From Phoronis australis (lineage: Eukaryota > Animalia > Phoronida), in the NCBI GenBank assembly GCA_002633005.1, contig NMRA01001154.1, forward strand, positions 1 through 47,549: 47,549 bases of DNA, in the 5' to 3' direction. The notes under the pieces are model-generated. The model worked only from the letters and a program-made list of their open reading frames with translations. It had not been told where the DNA came from and did no database searches. Shown here one piece after another: positions 24,701 to 35,555 of the stretch. Position 1 is the stretch's first letter; every line of letters begins with the position of its first letter. Both the position numbers and the translations under genes were made by a program.

Positions 24701-26960
24701 TAAACAGAGTTTCTGAATGCAGAAATCATTTTCTATCAAGCTTTGAAATTTAATTTGTATGGTTAAGTCGGTCCTGCTCTGACGTGAAGTTTCCGTCAGG
24801 GATAAAGCAAAAGATGTTCTTTTAATTACTTAACCAATATCCAGTAAAGGCGTCTCTGTCTGTATTCGGGGGCTTCCTTTCAGCGTTCAGCTTTGAAGGT
24901 GGCCGATGAGAGTTTGCACGACAAATAAAGTGAAGGAAATACGAAAAGAACAATTTGTACAGTATGTCTGTAATAACCTTTTAGGTGTCTACACTGTACA
25001 AGTACTTGCATAATGTTTGCTTACAAAGTACGTGTATTTGCCTTCTCTCTGAAACAGAAAACATTATCGATACTTGAGTATCGGATCAATCTGTTGATCT
25101 ACACATGTAGTCGATTCTACATTTTTCTGTCAGCCTCGTCCAAAGATGCGAAAAAGACTCCCTCTCGGTACCAAATCCGCAATATTGATTGTGCTTAAGG
25201 GCTTGAGCAGTTAGAGTGGAAAAATCCAATTACATGCTGCTTAGACAACGATTACAAAAAAGTCGTGGAGTGAACATACTCATATAGCGTCTTGCTTGTT
25301 CTTCCCTAGACGGGTTCGACTTCCTCAGGTCAAACGGGACCAGAAAGAGCCCACCTCGGCGACTATTACATGTATTTGGAGGCGTCGTTCAATACGAACT
25401 CCGTTAAGGGATACAATGTCCAGATGGTTTCCGAGAAGATAAAAGGTTGGTAAAATTTACTGAGCGCTTTCACTAAGAAAGACCACAAGGATCGAACCAA
25501 CTTCGAAATTCTACTGACGATGCTTGTTCATACATTTTGTTAGAGATTAAGTCAAGTTTTTGGAGTGTTTTTCTAAAAAATGGATGGGAAGTTGTTAAGA
25601 ATGCTGCTCAAGTCGTACATGTACAAAGTATCGTATTTTATTTTAGAACAAAATGCTTTATGAAGAGTTACCTGTTTTATATCGGTTCTACGGGCGAAAA
25701 AAAGGTGTTTTGCATGGTGGAGACGTCTTGACGTTATTAGTTTTGGCTAGAGCTATAACACAAAAATATTACAAATCGCCAATTTTCGGCGTTGTAGAAG
25801 GCCGTGACTTTACCAGTTAAGTGCACTTAAAACACTCCTGTATTACCGAGTGTAATTTAGCACCACCGGTACTGTATGTAGCGATAGACACATGGTACCA
25901 GGCTTGAATCCACGGTGAAGCTGATCTCAAAAAAATAATTTTCGTGACGATAATCTCCTCAAAAAGCACTATTAACCAGGGTCATCTGTGAAAAACAAGA
26001 TGACCACCTTTGGCTATAAATCAGTCTTGTATCATTCCTATACGTGACTGAGATTGGAAACGAGTTTTGGGCTAGAAAAAAATGATAGCGAATTAGTGCG
26101 TCAGACGAGTCTCGTGAAGTTTACTTGCCACGGCGTTTTAATCTCAGCCCCAAAACACCGTGTCTGTCTGTGTGAGGTTTGAACCTCTTTTTCAACCAAT
26201 GTAAATTCAAACGGTGAAATAATGAGAATACTGACAGCCTGTAGAACGAAAATGTGTGTGGAGAATGAGTTTGAAACTGAACATTGTTTCCAGCTGTGTC
26301 CCCCGGATTCTAACTAGCAGTCATTTCATGGTATTTTCTGGTAAAATCTTGATCATTTCAAATGAAGTGAGGCAGACAATTTCCTACAGCTGCAGCATAT
26401 GTTCATTCAACACTGTGTTATCTGGAAGACAAATATTGTTCCAGGAAGTAGTTACTGCTTGGAGTTCGCCTACAGCATGTATGGGGCTGGAATCGGGGAT
26501 CTAATTGTGGATCAGGTGGACGCCACAACGTTTGACGTCACGCAGTTGGACAAAATGTCTTCGCAGCAGATGGCCTCAGGAGTATGGAAAACGAAAGCCA
26601 TATCTGTTCAAGCAAACAGCGACTTTTACGTAAGTCAAACGATTCAGGTGAAGGCAAAAGAGAATCCTTGAATAAAGGTCTTGACTATAACTACTGAATA
26701 TTGCATATGTTAGATTCACCTCTATCGTGTCGCAATTTATGAGATTGAATAAAATGGGAGCTCTTCATGAATGAAGAAAAACTAAGTTCTACAGAATCAA
26801 ATAATTAAATTTTAGCATCGAGGGGTCACACTCTCGTGTTTTGTTTTTTGTCAAACCGTTGTTGTTCTTTCAGATTCGCCTAACGGGCACAAATAACGGA
26901 GACTCGAGAGGGGACATTAGTGTAGACAGTTTCAAGCTAAAGAACGTCGCCTGTTCTTAG
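647..26960 (+). CDS. Astacin-family (M12A) zinc metalloprotease, 5'-partial, astacin-EGF-CUB-EGF-MAM-MAM-EGF-MAM; join(647-776,1334-1456,6590-6696,8994-9106,10973-11115,11900-12016,12365-12459,13936-14053,14495-14676,15237-15369,16027-16127,17731-17857,19831-20006,20424-20508,20737-20850,24117-24217,25310-25445,26445-26629,26874-26960)
   Basis: 19 exons joined by GT-AG introns give one open frame of 2373 nt ending in TAG at 26958-26960, and every intron phase matches. The domain motifs are recognisable by eye. The HExxH active site would lie upstream of the window and is not seen. Confidence 0.9.
1334..1456 (+). CDS. Astacin gene exon: EGF-like domain 1
   Basis: ttttag|CC..G|gtaagt, phase 1-1; CTNDCKNDGYKF..CVCKCPPLFEGTTC. 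Confidence 0.9.
1912..2782. mobile_element. Non-autonomous Kolobok-like fold-back element with ~280-bp imperfect terminal inverted repeats
   Basis: TTAA at 1908-1911 and 2783-2786; arms ~1912-2185 and ~2485-2782 are reverse complements; the centre carries a Cys/His remnant (LELFRRCLVCG..VTIQWECVAGH). Confidence 0.65.
3190..4560 (+). mobile_element. Penelope-like retroelement, 5'-truncated and frameshifted: reverse transcriptase plus GIY-YIG endonuclease
   Basis: ORF 3199-4104 has SFDVTALFTSVP, GCAMSSPVSP, RYVDD, LPFLD and VYRK. A frameshift near 4095 leads into ORF 4073-4534 with VVYGVRC..C..SFIGETKQ..RMSQH and KEAL. It lies in an intron of the astacin gene. Confidence 0.92.
6368..6521. mobile_element. 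Short MITE, family A
   Basis: Inverted ends ggtagatt(t)agcaacgctaggacct / aggtcccggcggtgctgaaatctacc; internal sequence shared with the copies at 28049 and 28475. Confidence 0.7.
6590..6696 (+). CDS. Astacin gene exon: CUB domain part 1
   Basis: caacag|GT..GAG|gtaaat; GCGGIV...KCVWLVE. Confidence 0.85.
8994..9106 (+). CDS. Astacin gene exon: CUB domain part 2
   Basis: tcttag|GCG..GA|gtaagt; APAGKYVRLHW..DCDKHYLEMRY..GQDG. Confidence 0.88.
10973..11115 (+). CDS. Astacin gene exon: CUB domain part 3
   Basis: ttgcag|G..G|gtaaaa; ICGSNVP..NWIMLIYY..SGGFSTT. Confidence 0.85.
11900..12016 (+). CDS. Astacin gene exon: EGF-like domain 2
   Basis: ttccag|AT..A|gtaagg; DPCLSNPCYGLSTC..HTCVCTSEYSGADC. 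Confidence 0.92.
12365..12459 (+). CDS. Astacin gene exon: MAM1 part a
   Basis: gtgcag|AT..GGG|gtacgt; SFERGMELFQQDTDDDLDWTRIKG. Confidence 0.85.
13936..14053 (+). CDS. Astacin gene exon: MAM1 part b
   Basis: tttaag|CCT..C|gtaagt; PTNSPETGPSAASKGDYYVYVE..ARLRS. Confidence 0.88.
14495..14676 (+). CDS. Astacin gene exon: MAM1 part c
   Basis: tttaag|CC..GAG|gtatac; CWSFDYSMYGSNMGTV..LWTKSGDQGNKW. Confidence 0.9.
15237..15369 (+). CDS. Astacin gene exon: MAM1 part d plus Thr/Ser/Pro linker
   Basis: ccacag|ATT..G|gtttgt; IVFEYTVGSDFRGDAAIDNI..GEC. Confidence 0.9.
16027..16127 (+). CDS. Astacin gene exon: MAM2 part a
   Basis: tttcag|GT..ACG|gtgcgt; CVCDFEDQVDPLCGC..DSVDW. Confidence 0.87.
16710..16885 (+). 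repeat. Dispersed repeat fragment (copy 1)
   Basis: agtagaaaacg..ctcggcgaa.gcacaattca..gctctgaac.tacccgt..tgagtgcg.gcaagg recurs at ~18050-18205. Confidence 0.6.
17731..17857 (+). CDS. Astacin gene exon: MAM2 part b
   Basis: cactag|TTT..A|gtaagc; STPSGMTGPTHA..LYVESS. Confidence 0.87.
18050..18205 (+). repeat. Dispersed repeat fragment (copy 2)
   Basis: Diverged direct copy of ~16710-16885. Confidence 0.6.
18873..19056 (+). repeat. Diverged tandem duplication, 2 x ~95 bp
   Basis: aaaacca.cgtttg..atgt.atgatt...ttgtt.tcttgtg...tggatgatttgtga occurs twice. Confidence 0.65.
19363..19500 (+). repeat. GC-rich short interspersed repeat or MITE, family B (two subunits)
   Basis: ca(c/t)gggcggcgc...ctatagccccc...ctatggtgcgccgcccatg; related copies at 37550 and 42017. 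Confidence 0.65.
19831..20006 (+). CDS. Astacin gene exon: MAM2 part c
   Basis: tgctag|GT..TCC|gtgagt; HCVRFAYHMYGVYMGSL..GDQGEEW. Confidence 0.9.
20424..20508 (+). CDS. Astacin gene exon: MAM2 part d
   Basis: gagtag|GTC..G|gtgagc; VRIKA..SDFAIDNFRLATGAC. Confidence 0.85.
20737..20850 (+). CDS. Astacin gene exon: EGF-like domain 3
   Basis: ttacag|AG..G|gtaatg; PCDSTPCKH..HCTN..VCACPPGFAGNC. Confidence 0.88.
   Translation, partial: SPATVPPANTFRKDTVQTMGPMLCAHVHLDSLEIATI
24117..24217 (+). CDS. Astacin gene exon: MAM3 part a
   Basis: ttgcag|AC..CGG|gtaagt; ATFEEGANPLGFF; bridges phase 1 to phase 0 as required. Confidence 0.78.
25310..25445 (+). CDS. Astacin gene exon: MAM3 part b
   Basis: ccctag|ACG..G|gttggt; TGSTSSGQTGPERAHLGDYYMYLEAS. 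Confidence 0.9.
26445..26629 (+). CDS. Astacin gene exon: MAM3 part c
   Basis: ttccag|GA..TAC|gtaagt; YCLEFAYSMYGAGIGDL..GVWK. Confidence 0.9.
26874..26960 (+). CDS. Astacin gene last coding exon: MAM3 part d and stop
   Basis: tttcag|ATT..; IRLTG..SRGDISVDSFKL..AC S*. Confidence 0.88.
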   Translation: MRLTGTNNGDSRGDISVDSFKLKNVACS

Positions 26961-27490
26961 AGAAACACATCTTGGTGAGTTCTGTCGTGAATAGGCTCTG
27001 TTGAGGACACGTGCTTTTAGATTTGTTTGATAACATCAAGTTGCGTCATAAATTATAGACAATAGATTCGCAAACCGACATTTTCTTGCGTACTATCCTG
27101 TAGGAGACGCCACTTTTCTAAATTACCAATTTCAGCTTTCGGTTATTGTATTGTGATGGGAAATTCTCGCATCTATTTTACTGTCCAGTACAACGTAAAA
27201 ATAATCTCAGCATTGAAACTCCGTTTAAAGTCTTCCAATAATAGAGAATTTTGTCAACCGACCACTCAACAGCCGACCATGATTAGTACATGCACGCACG
27301 TACTTGCCCGAAGTAAAACGTGCTAAGTTTGCCAGCTGTCGCTAGTGAATAAATACGCCACGGTTTATGCGTAAGATCGCAAAATTTGTCCACTGAAAAT
27401 ATACGGAGTTGGCGGTCCATGGTTGCTTAACTGGGACTTTCCAACTTGTCTAAAGGAAGTAAATGAAAATAAAGGTTGTTTCCTTTTCAG

Positions 27491-27570
27491 CAACCGACCG
27501 CAAAGTATATGAACGACTGGATTCATTTGATATACGAATTGACAATAAAATATGTCATAATGAAACTACG
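27491..27570 (+). other. Probable non-coding terminal exon and poly(A) signal of the astacin gene
   Basis: Donor TTG|gtgagt at 26974/26975 lies 14 nt after the stop; acceptor tccttttcag ends at 27490; AATAAA at 27544-27549. Confidence 0.5.
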
Positions 27571-28048
27571 GGAATTTTATTTGCATGAGGGCCTGGAGAA
27601 AGAGTGGAAAATAACTTTTAGGAGCGGGTCAGAGACGTATTGAACAGTCCGACCCCACTTCATCCCCAGCCATTTTTCCAATGTTGTACTGTAGATACAT
27701 TTGGACGTGTTTCTCCCATGTGCAGCTCTGCGTCTTTAAAAATAATAAACGCATTGACTGGTAACAGTCCGAAAGGTGACGCTTGTAAAGACAACTATGA
27801 CATGGTCCGCTTCAGGTGTCGCCCAGGGCTATCTGATGAAAAGAAGACCTATCATAAGCAAAACGGCCGAGTTCAGGATTGTTAAATAATCAATCTTTTG
27901 CTCACTTCATGTATGTAAACTACGGTGATAGCAATATCGGCACAACTACGATGCGGTTGGACATGTTCTTCTCATGTTATTCAAAATAGCTTCTCCATTG
28001 AGATGCATGTCTTACTGTGATGCCGCAAGGCTGTAGACAAGTCCTGCC

Positions 28049-28196
28049 GTGCGTTCAGTAGACGCTAGGACCTACGCTAGGACCTAGCTAAAACCTAGTC
28101 AAAGTCACGTGTTCTCATTTAAAATGCACTGCAATATCTCACGTAATCTCGCGAAGTCTTGCTTTTTAGCGAGGTCCTAGCGTTACTGAACGGGAG
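28049..28196 (+). mobile_element. Short MITE, family A
   Basis: cgttcagtagacgctaggacct...aggtcctagcgttactgaacg terminal inverted repeats; similar to 6368-6521. Confidence 0.72.
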
Positions 28197-28474
28197 GTTG
28201 ATTTGCGTTATTCATCCATTAAGATGGATTACTCAGGTCAGTTGATAAGAGTACCTAAAACAAGTTATGAAAATAACAGTATTCACACTTTTAGTGAAAC
28301 TATATTGTGAAGAATTCATTAACGTCCTTTTTGCCTATTTGCGGTTGACTTTTTCATGGTTAGCGAACTGTGGGATATTCACTTTTCTCGCTGTGTGTCC
28401 GCTGGAAATATAAGAATACGTGTACATGTACGTTCTCAGCTTCAAGTGGTTGTATCATTATGCTGGAAACCTAA

Positions 28475-28620
28475 CTCCCGTTCAATAACGCAAAGACCTC
28501 GCTTAAAAGCAAGACTTCGCGAGATTACGTGAGACATTGCCGTATTTTTAATGAGAGCACTTGACGTTGACTAGACTTTAGTTAGGACCTTGCGTAGGTC
28601 CTAGCGTTGCTGAACGCACA
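28475..28620 (-). mobile_element. Short MITE, family A (inverted relative to the 28049 copy)
   Basis: Reverse complement of 28049-28196 along its whole length. Confidence 0.72.
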
Positions 28621-30225
28621 CCTGGTGTGCCACAATCCATTGTAAATATCATAAACTCTATTGCAGATATACCACAAAATTCCATCTGTTTCTATCCCAA
28701 TAGACATTCATAATGCCGAGATACCACGTGCACGGTATGATATGTATTTTGGTTAATTTTGCAGAAATGAGAAGCCGGTGTAAGACAACAGTTCCTTTAC
28801 GAATCCAACAAGCCTGGGTCGTTTTCTGGATACTTGCATTAACGTAGATATTGTTGTGACTTTTAGTTTATGTTGTCATGAAATAATAAACAAATAACAT
28901 CTTGGCACGATATGGATACTAGTTTTTCTTCAATAGCAAAGGCATCCATCACCAAGGACTTTTGCTTTGAATGGTCGACGGTTGGGATCATGCGTACATG
29001 TACACTGTACTCGCAATCATGGCTGGTATATTTACATGAGTTACCGTGGCAACGTTGTTTGCATTAAAAGTTCCGGTTTATGACACACCGCACATATCTA
29101 TTTGTTTTAGCATTTGATTTACGTAAACATGCCGGCGTTCTTCTGTTCACTGACTTCACCAGACGTAGAGGGTTGTGAGCTCCTGTGTTAACTGCAGAGC
29201 ACAGCCGTTTGTCTGGTATGACAACTGGCGGGCCAATTATCTACCAGGCTTATTACAGACCACATACATGTAAGAATGCCAACAAACCCAGATCGAATCG
29301 GTACATTCGGGAAGAATATATTGTCGTAACTTTGGTTGCAGTTGGGCGAGTTTGGCGATTCAAAAACTAAACATGATCAGTATTTGACGAGGAATTCATC
29401 AGTGCTATTGGTTTTTGTTCAAATACGTTATAATTTATTTTTTTTAACAGCACAGCCCATCCAGGCTAGATACGATCTTATTGGGATTAGAGCTATTATC
29501 GAACAAAAGAGAGCTGGCCCTCCAGTCATAAATGCCAGAATGGAGTTAATCAGTCGTGTAAGATATTGGCTACAGGGATCATCTTCCCAACTTGGTTTTG
29601 GGCTATAGAATCGAAAAAGTTGGCAACAACGGGAAAACGCCGTAATGTTTATTGTAGTAACCACAGTATACGCAACTTGATACTGGTAGACAAGCTATCT
29701 CCAAGTTTGCGTACACAAGTTGCTCCGGCAACAGTTTTTGGATATTCAAAATCATTCTACGACGATTTGAATTAGGCAGTTTTAACTAAATTTTACGACT
29801 GTTCACAAGTCTATAGGTGCCTGGTGGGCCCAGGTTAGTCTAATGTTGCAGTCATAAAATAACTGGTGCCATGGAAACGTTACTTTCAAGCTTTGCAACT
29901 CTCCGACGTTTGTTAGAAGGGTCACTAAAAATACCTCCACCATGGCTTCTAACATGACCTCAATCTAGACTAAACTTAGTTATCAAAATACCTAAATACG
30001 TATACATTTGTACGTTTGTAGTAAAACCCAGCTTGTCTTAGAAAAACAGGTTCGTTTCGCATACCCTGTGTGTAGTTACCTACTTCGAACATAACTGCCT
30101 TCACCCAAAATTGCTGATTTTGTTTGCCAAAATACCTGGTTACCGTGGCAGCAGTTCATACGTGCATTTCAGCCAGACAACACCACAGAGTTTCGTATAG
30201 GAAGCCACAATTACACACAGGCTCG

Positions 30226-30350
30226 AACGCACACGCACATACACACCCACCCACCCCCCCCCCCACACACACACACGCATACACACATACTATACACATG
30301 TATACTGTATATATACATATGTGTATACATAACTTATATACATATATATT
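30226..30350. repeat. Imperfect (CA)n/(TA)n microsatellite with poly-C
   Basis: Directly visible low-complexity tract. Confidence 0.85.
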
Positions 30351-32279
30351 TAGGCCAGTGGTATTTGGAAAGTATGTACAACACCTCATCAAAACTAGCT
30401 GCAGCAATGTGCAGATCTGTGCAAATTTACTTTCAACACTCTGACCTTCGACAGTTTCTGTTATAAAAGTTTATTCGCTAAGTATAACAATTTTACAAAT
30501 TGATTAATAACTACGTAGGTTATATTTCTCACATCACGAAAATCATGTGTTGAAACTCAAACCGGTCACGATTGGGCAACTCGACCAGTTTTCCTACATG
30601 TACCTCAGGAATTGCCGGGTCAGACCAGAGACCTCATACTGATGCTGTTGTGGTTAATTTAATTGCCTCAAGCTGCTGATGTAATTGTTCTTAGATAATC
30701 AGACCCACCGTAAACACACTGAGGGCGACGATTTTATAAAAAATTTCCAATAAGCATACTTGAACCGTTCATGAAAAGTAGACGTTGTTTGGTTTTGGAA
30801 TTTTTAAAATCGGACAAGAAATGAGACTTTAGCCTTTGTGAATTTAAACCGAAAGTTGCCCAGAGCTCACACGTAGTCCAGCCAGTATTAGCTGCCTCAT
30901 TAATGCTGTGGGGTGTGCAACGGAATGGGCCGATTACCAAACTAGCTTGGAGCGTTGGATTTTGAGGTAGGCCATGTGTCATCGTGCAATTCTTGGCATG
31001 CAGGACATTCCGATTTTTTAAAAGGAAATTTGAAAGATTATTCCATAGTGCTTGTTCAAAAACAGGACAATAGCATTTAAAGTGGAGTTCAATTTCCATC
31101 TCTATAGATTGTACATTTGGTTTCTCGGTTCTAGCATGACAATGTCACCAAACCTAAATGATGATTTTTTTCGGCTGAATAATATTTACGTGCCGGTTAT
31201 TAGGAACAGTACTTCTAAGACATGTTCTATGATGCTTACATTGTACGTTAAGTTGCAAAACACGTCGAAACTGTGAAGCATTTTAACATTTAAGCAACTC
31301 TCAAAACATGAGGGTTCTCGAGTCGTGTTTCTGAAATGCTTCGTAAACGTTGCAGTAGAAAGAGATTGCTTCATTGCGTTCAAACCCAGAAAGTGACGTT
31401 GGTTGCATCAATTGCATCGACAAATGTAAGAAAATACCAAACACGTCAGCTGGCAAGTTAGATGCACATTTGAATAGTACGTCATGCATATACTTTGCTG
31501 TATTTGCTATTCACACGAAAAATTTGAGAGTGGTGAATACGTTAATACGAAACTTAAACACTCGTCGTTTTTACCCCTTACAGACGTCACTGGTAAATGA
31601 AACTTGTGAACACAAAATCGCTCTTCATCAGTTGTCAAACAAGTTCATATTTATCATTGTGCATAGTAGTAGTAGTCTAGACGCATTTCTGGAAAATGTG
31701 CATTTTAGAGGCATTTTTTTGTAAAAGTTGAGAACATTTTTAGCATAAATACGTTGTACTGATTTTGATTATGCATGTTCCCAAGCTTGATTTTGAGTTT
31801 TTGACCATCTAATTTGCATAAACAAAATGGCCGCCAAACCAAAAAATAAGAAACATTCGTGGGACCAGGAGTACAATATGTGACGAATAACTAGGAATGT
31901 TTTTGCTATAAAGGCATAGTATAAGTGTGTTTAGATCACTTAAATTTAAGAGCATATTAATGAACATCATTAAATTCTACAATTGTGCTAATTAGCTTCC
32001 GCCAGTGCCGAAAAATTCAATTTTTGGTGCAACTTTATCAATTTGCAGGCAAACATGACAAATAAAGTGTCTATACCTATGTTTTGAAGGTCTAAAAAAA
32101 TCATTATGACACAAGTGAAGATTTTTAATTCATCTTCATTAAGTTAAAATTTATGCTCATTAATAAAGACTGAAAATTAAATTAGAAATAATAATTATCA
32201 ATACTTTTTTGCAAACATCTCATTATTTAGATAAGACATAAAAGTATTGCAAACATAACAACATGACTTTTAAATACAC

Positions 32280-34640
32280 TGTACTGTTGTAAAGAGATGC
32301 ATGGCCATATCGTCCCATTTTGGACAGGAGTATACCGTCCTCACAGTCGACCAAGCACACTGCTGCAGATTAATGGAGCTTACACGTGATCGTTCCCAGA
32401 ATACCAAAATATATTAATACAGTACCTTGTTTAGTGGTTCTTCACGTTTCGATGAACTTTATCAAGGCCATAGAAGATCACATGAGTGATTCTGGAATAG
32501 CTGAGGTGTGCATAGAGATTGCAGTACTTGGTCAAGGCCTATGGAACTGGTCCTCAGTGGAAAGTCGTACAGCAAAGCTACATGTACAGTATGAGGGCAC
32601 ACAAACTGTCTTTCCAAGCTCTGTGGCATCTCCTGCATGTGCCAAGCCTTCTCTCGTTTATTGCAGAAGTGACTGCCATGCTTGTATTACCAGTATGTCT
32701 GCAGATGATGATACACAGAAAATTCCGTAGTTGATTTCTCAGTTAGTATAAGTTCAGGAAAAGTCCTGAGCATTTTGTCAACAGTAGTTCTGATGATGTG
32801 AATTTCAGCTTCTGGTGGAGTTACATGTACATGGTTCCTATAGTGTTAAAGTACACATGCTCTCAACGGGATGGTATTTTGGAACTGCATCTCTATTTAT
32901 TTACTCTCATACTGCCTCACCGAATTATGCCCGAGTGGGGTGCGGTATTTTTAGCCGACATGCATGAGCTTCCACAATCTGTTTGGTCAGAGTTTCAAGC
33001 AGGAAATTTTGTAGTCAAGTGATCTCCTCATATGCTCTGTCAGGTAGATTCTGACCAGTGGGTAAATGGGGCAGGCAAAAAGGAGGAGGTATCATCGGTA
33101 ATACCAAAACCTCGTCAGCAGTATGGAGGTGGACACTCATTTAATCTGAAATCTCATATAGCTGAACAAACTTACTGATGTGGGAGTACATAGTTTCATA
33201 ACGAAGCCACGTGGCAGCTGTCGAGAGTTCCCTTCTTTACGCCTCCCATGGATTGAAGGTCTTCTCGTCCGCAAGGCCTTAGCTGCTACAAAGCCTTGCA
33301 ACAAAGGTCCTAGCAACAGCACTAACCCAATAGTCACTTTTGCATGCCAAGGAACTTGGTCACGAACATATTAAGAAATTTGTTCGAGACTGATTATCAC
33401 TGAGCAATGCGATAATTCAGACATGTCACGCGACTAGATGAGCAAAAATAATGCCCCAACATTTGCCAACTGATATGATTTGGGGAAACAAACCAAAGAC
33501 AAAGACAAGAAAATAGTTCATAAGGCAGAAAGGGATGTACTTCGCTGCCTTCGGCTTATGAGGCCAGTTGAATTGCCGTCTGTGCTCAAACGCGAGCTTC
33601 TTCCAGTCCATGTTTTCTTACAGAAACGAGTGGCACATTGCGCACTGGAGATAAATCTTGGCTTGCCCAAGTATTAATAGTTAACACATCGACTTTCCTG
33701 AAATACTTCAACTTCATGACACGCCCGTTTGCCTCATTATTGATGGCGAAGCATTGCTGGTAGCTCTTGGGAAGCCTGATGGTGATGTGACCTTCGAGAA
33801 CCTGGCTGATTCATTCATGAGAACAGTGCTAAACACAGGATTTCGATATCATAAAATTGACATTGTATTTGACAGATACAGACAAGAAACTATTAAGGTC
33901 ACAGCAGGAAAACAGCGCAGTAAAAGAACACAGCTAATCAGGTGATCATTTTGTGGTGTAACTCTTCCTCAAACTGGTCAAATTTTAGGGCACTGGCTGA
34001 GAATAAAGCAAACCTAGCACATTTCTTGTCACAGAAACTGTGTTTGTAGACACCTGAAGATAAGAGGTTATGGTTGCAGGAAAGTTCAAAAATGAGATGG
34101 TAGTAAATTAAATCATCTTTAAGGATATAACTGATTTGAGGACTCTGAAGTCCACACATGAAGAAACAGATGCAAGAGTGGTACTGCATGCTGTCCACAG
34201 TCAGTCGTATTTCCAGAGACACCCACTGTTTTACTGCTTCTGGTATCGCACTTCCAAGAAATGCAGAGTGAGCATATCTGTATGATGTCAGGCACATCAA
34301 AGAAATGACGATATATACCTTTTGAAGCACTTTTCAACAAACTACTACGAGACTCAGCAACATACTTGTTTGCTTTTCACGCTGTGACCGGGTTTGGCAC
34401 CAACTCGTACTTTGCCAATCACATGAAACAATCATCATGGAAGGTGTTCCCAGAGCATCACAGATTGCTTAAGAACCCCTGCATTGGTGAACTCACTGAG
34501 CAAATTACGATGGCTTCAGAAGTATTTGTCTGCAGAATATACAACACGACCAGAACAGACATGTAGATGTAGCACGCTATTTACTATTCTCCCAGCCCGT
34601 GAACCCTGAAGTCCTTCCCCCAACGCATAATGTCAAGGCA
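32280..34640 (+). mobile_element. Degenerate DNA transposon, probably Academ (transposase plus XPG/FEN1-like nuclease), pseudogenised
   Basis: Collinear frameshifted motifs: TVDQA, H.SMNFIKAI..HM..SG, MRAHKL, NFSFWWSY, WGAVFLADM, GNFVVK, IIDG..GKP..TF, IDIVFDRY, HEETDARVVLHA (~34157), FHAVTG..TNS.F (~34375), PEVLPPT (~34605). The superfamily is assigned from memory of Academ protein motifs. Confidence 0.7.
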
Positions 34641-35542
34641 TTTGAAAGTGGTCAGTTTTAGTACCCAGTGTGGTGCTTGAATGCATATCTTAACAGGTGT
34701 CGGAGAATCTTTTTATTTTATTTGTTAATATGGTTTTTCAATACTTAGGCCAAGTTTCATTCTCGTAACTGCGTTGATGGTAAATCACTCATTCTTTATT
34801 CAAAACATTTGAAGAACAAACCATTTGCACCACAAAAACAATATCAAAAGCGTATTAGTTTAATGGCTGGTGGTCTCATGGACTGTTACTTACTCTTACT
34901 TTATAAAATAACGAGCGTAAAATTACTAGTGAAAAATATAAACCTTCAAACTTCTTCAGAGCTCACGTGACCTACACATCAATTCTCATTGGCAATAACG
35001 ATTTGGGTCGTAAAACACGTGCGAAGTGGCCTGTCGTAGAACCAAAAACTGTAAACAAACACCGCGGTTCTGATAAACGCCCCCAATGAGATGCCTAGGG
35101 AACTAATTTTTGACTCCGATTTGACGGCGTAATCTTACCTGCTACACAGTTTGAAATGAACCTGACATCTCTAAAAGTTATCTTATTTACTAGTGATTTC
35201 TCTGCGTGTCAGCCACTTACCGTGTCTCACTGGGATACAAGGGTATAATACAATCTCTCATTTCCGTGTTTTGCTGCAAATAACTCGGTTTGCAAGATAA
35301 CATTTTCCAGGGGGTCCAGATATTCTTGTTTTGATCACTGTTATCTAAACATGGTGTTTACTTATCGTCCAAAGTGAACTGGCACTAGATATCTGACTTT
35401 AACTATGACTCTCAATGTAAAATTTGTATACAGGGTTAGCATCAAAACAAAGTTTTGGCAATTTGCCAACATTTTAGTAGTTGTAAAGTACCCAAAATCC
35501 ACATATGAGAAATGGGATTGTTTTGACAACTCTTATCGGTTT

Positions 35543-35555
35543 CACGTGATATAAA
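35543..35555 (+). promoter_or_regulatory. Candidate core promoter: E-box CACGTG followed by TATAAA
   Basis: cacgtg at 35543-35548 and tataaa at 35550-35555, about 55 nt upstream of ATG 35608. Confidence 0.5.

Noticed and set aside
30124-30444. His/Thr/Pro-rich ORFs on both strands
   Set aside because: These are translations of the CA/TA microsatellite.
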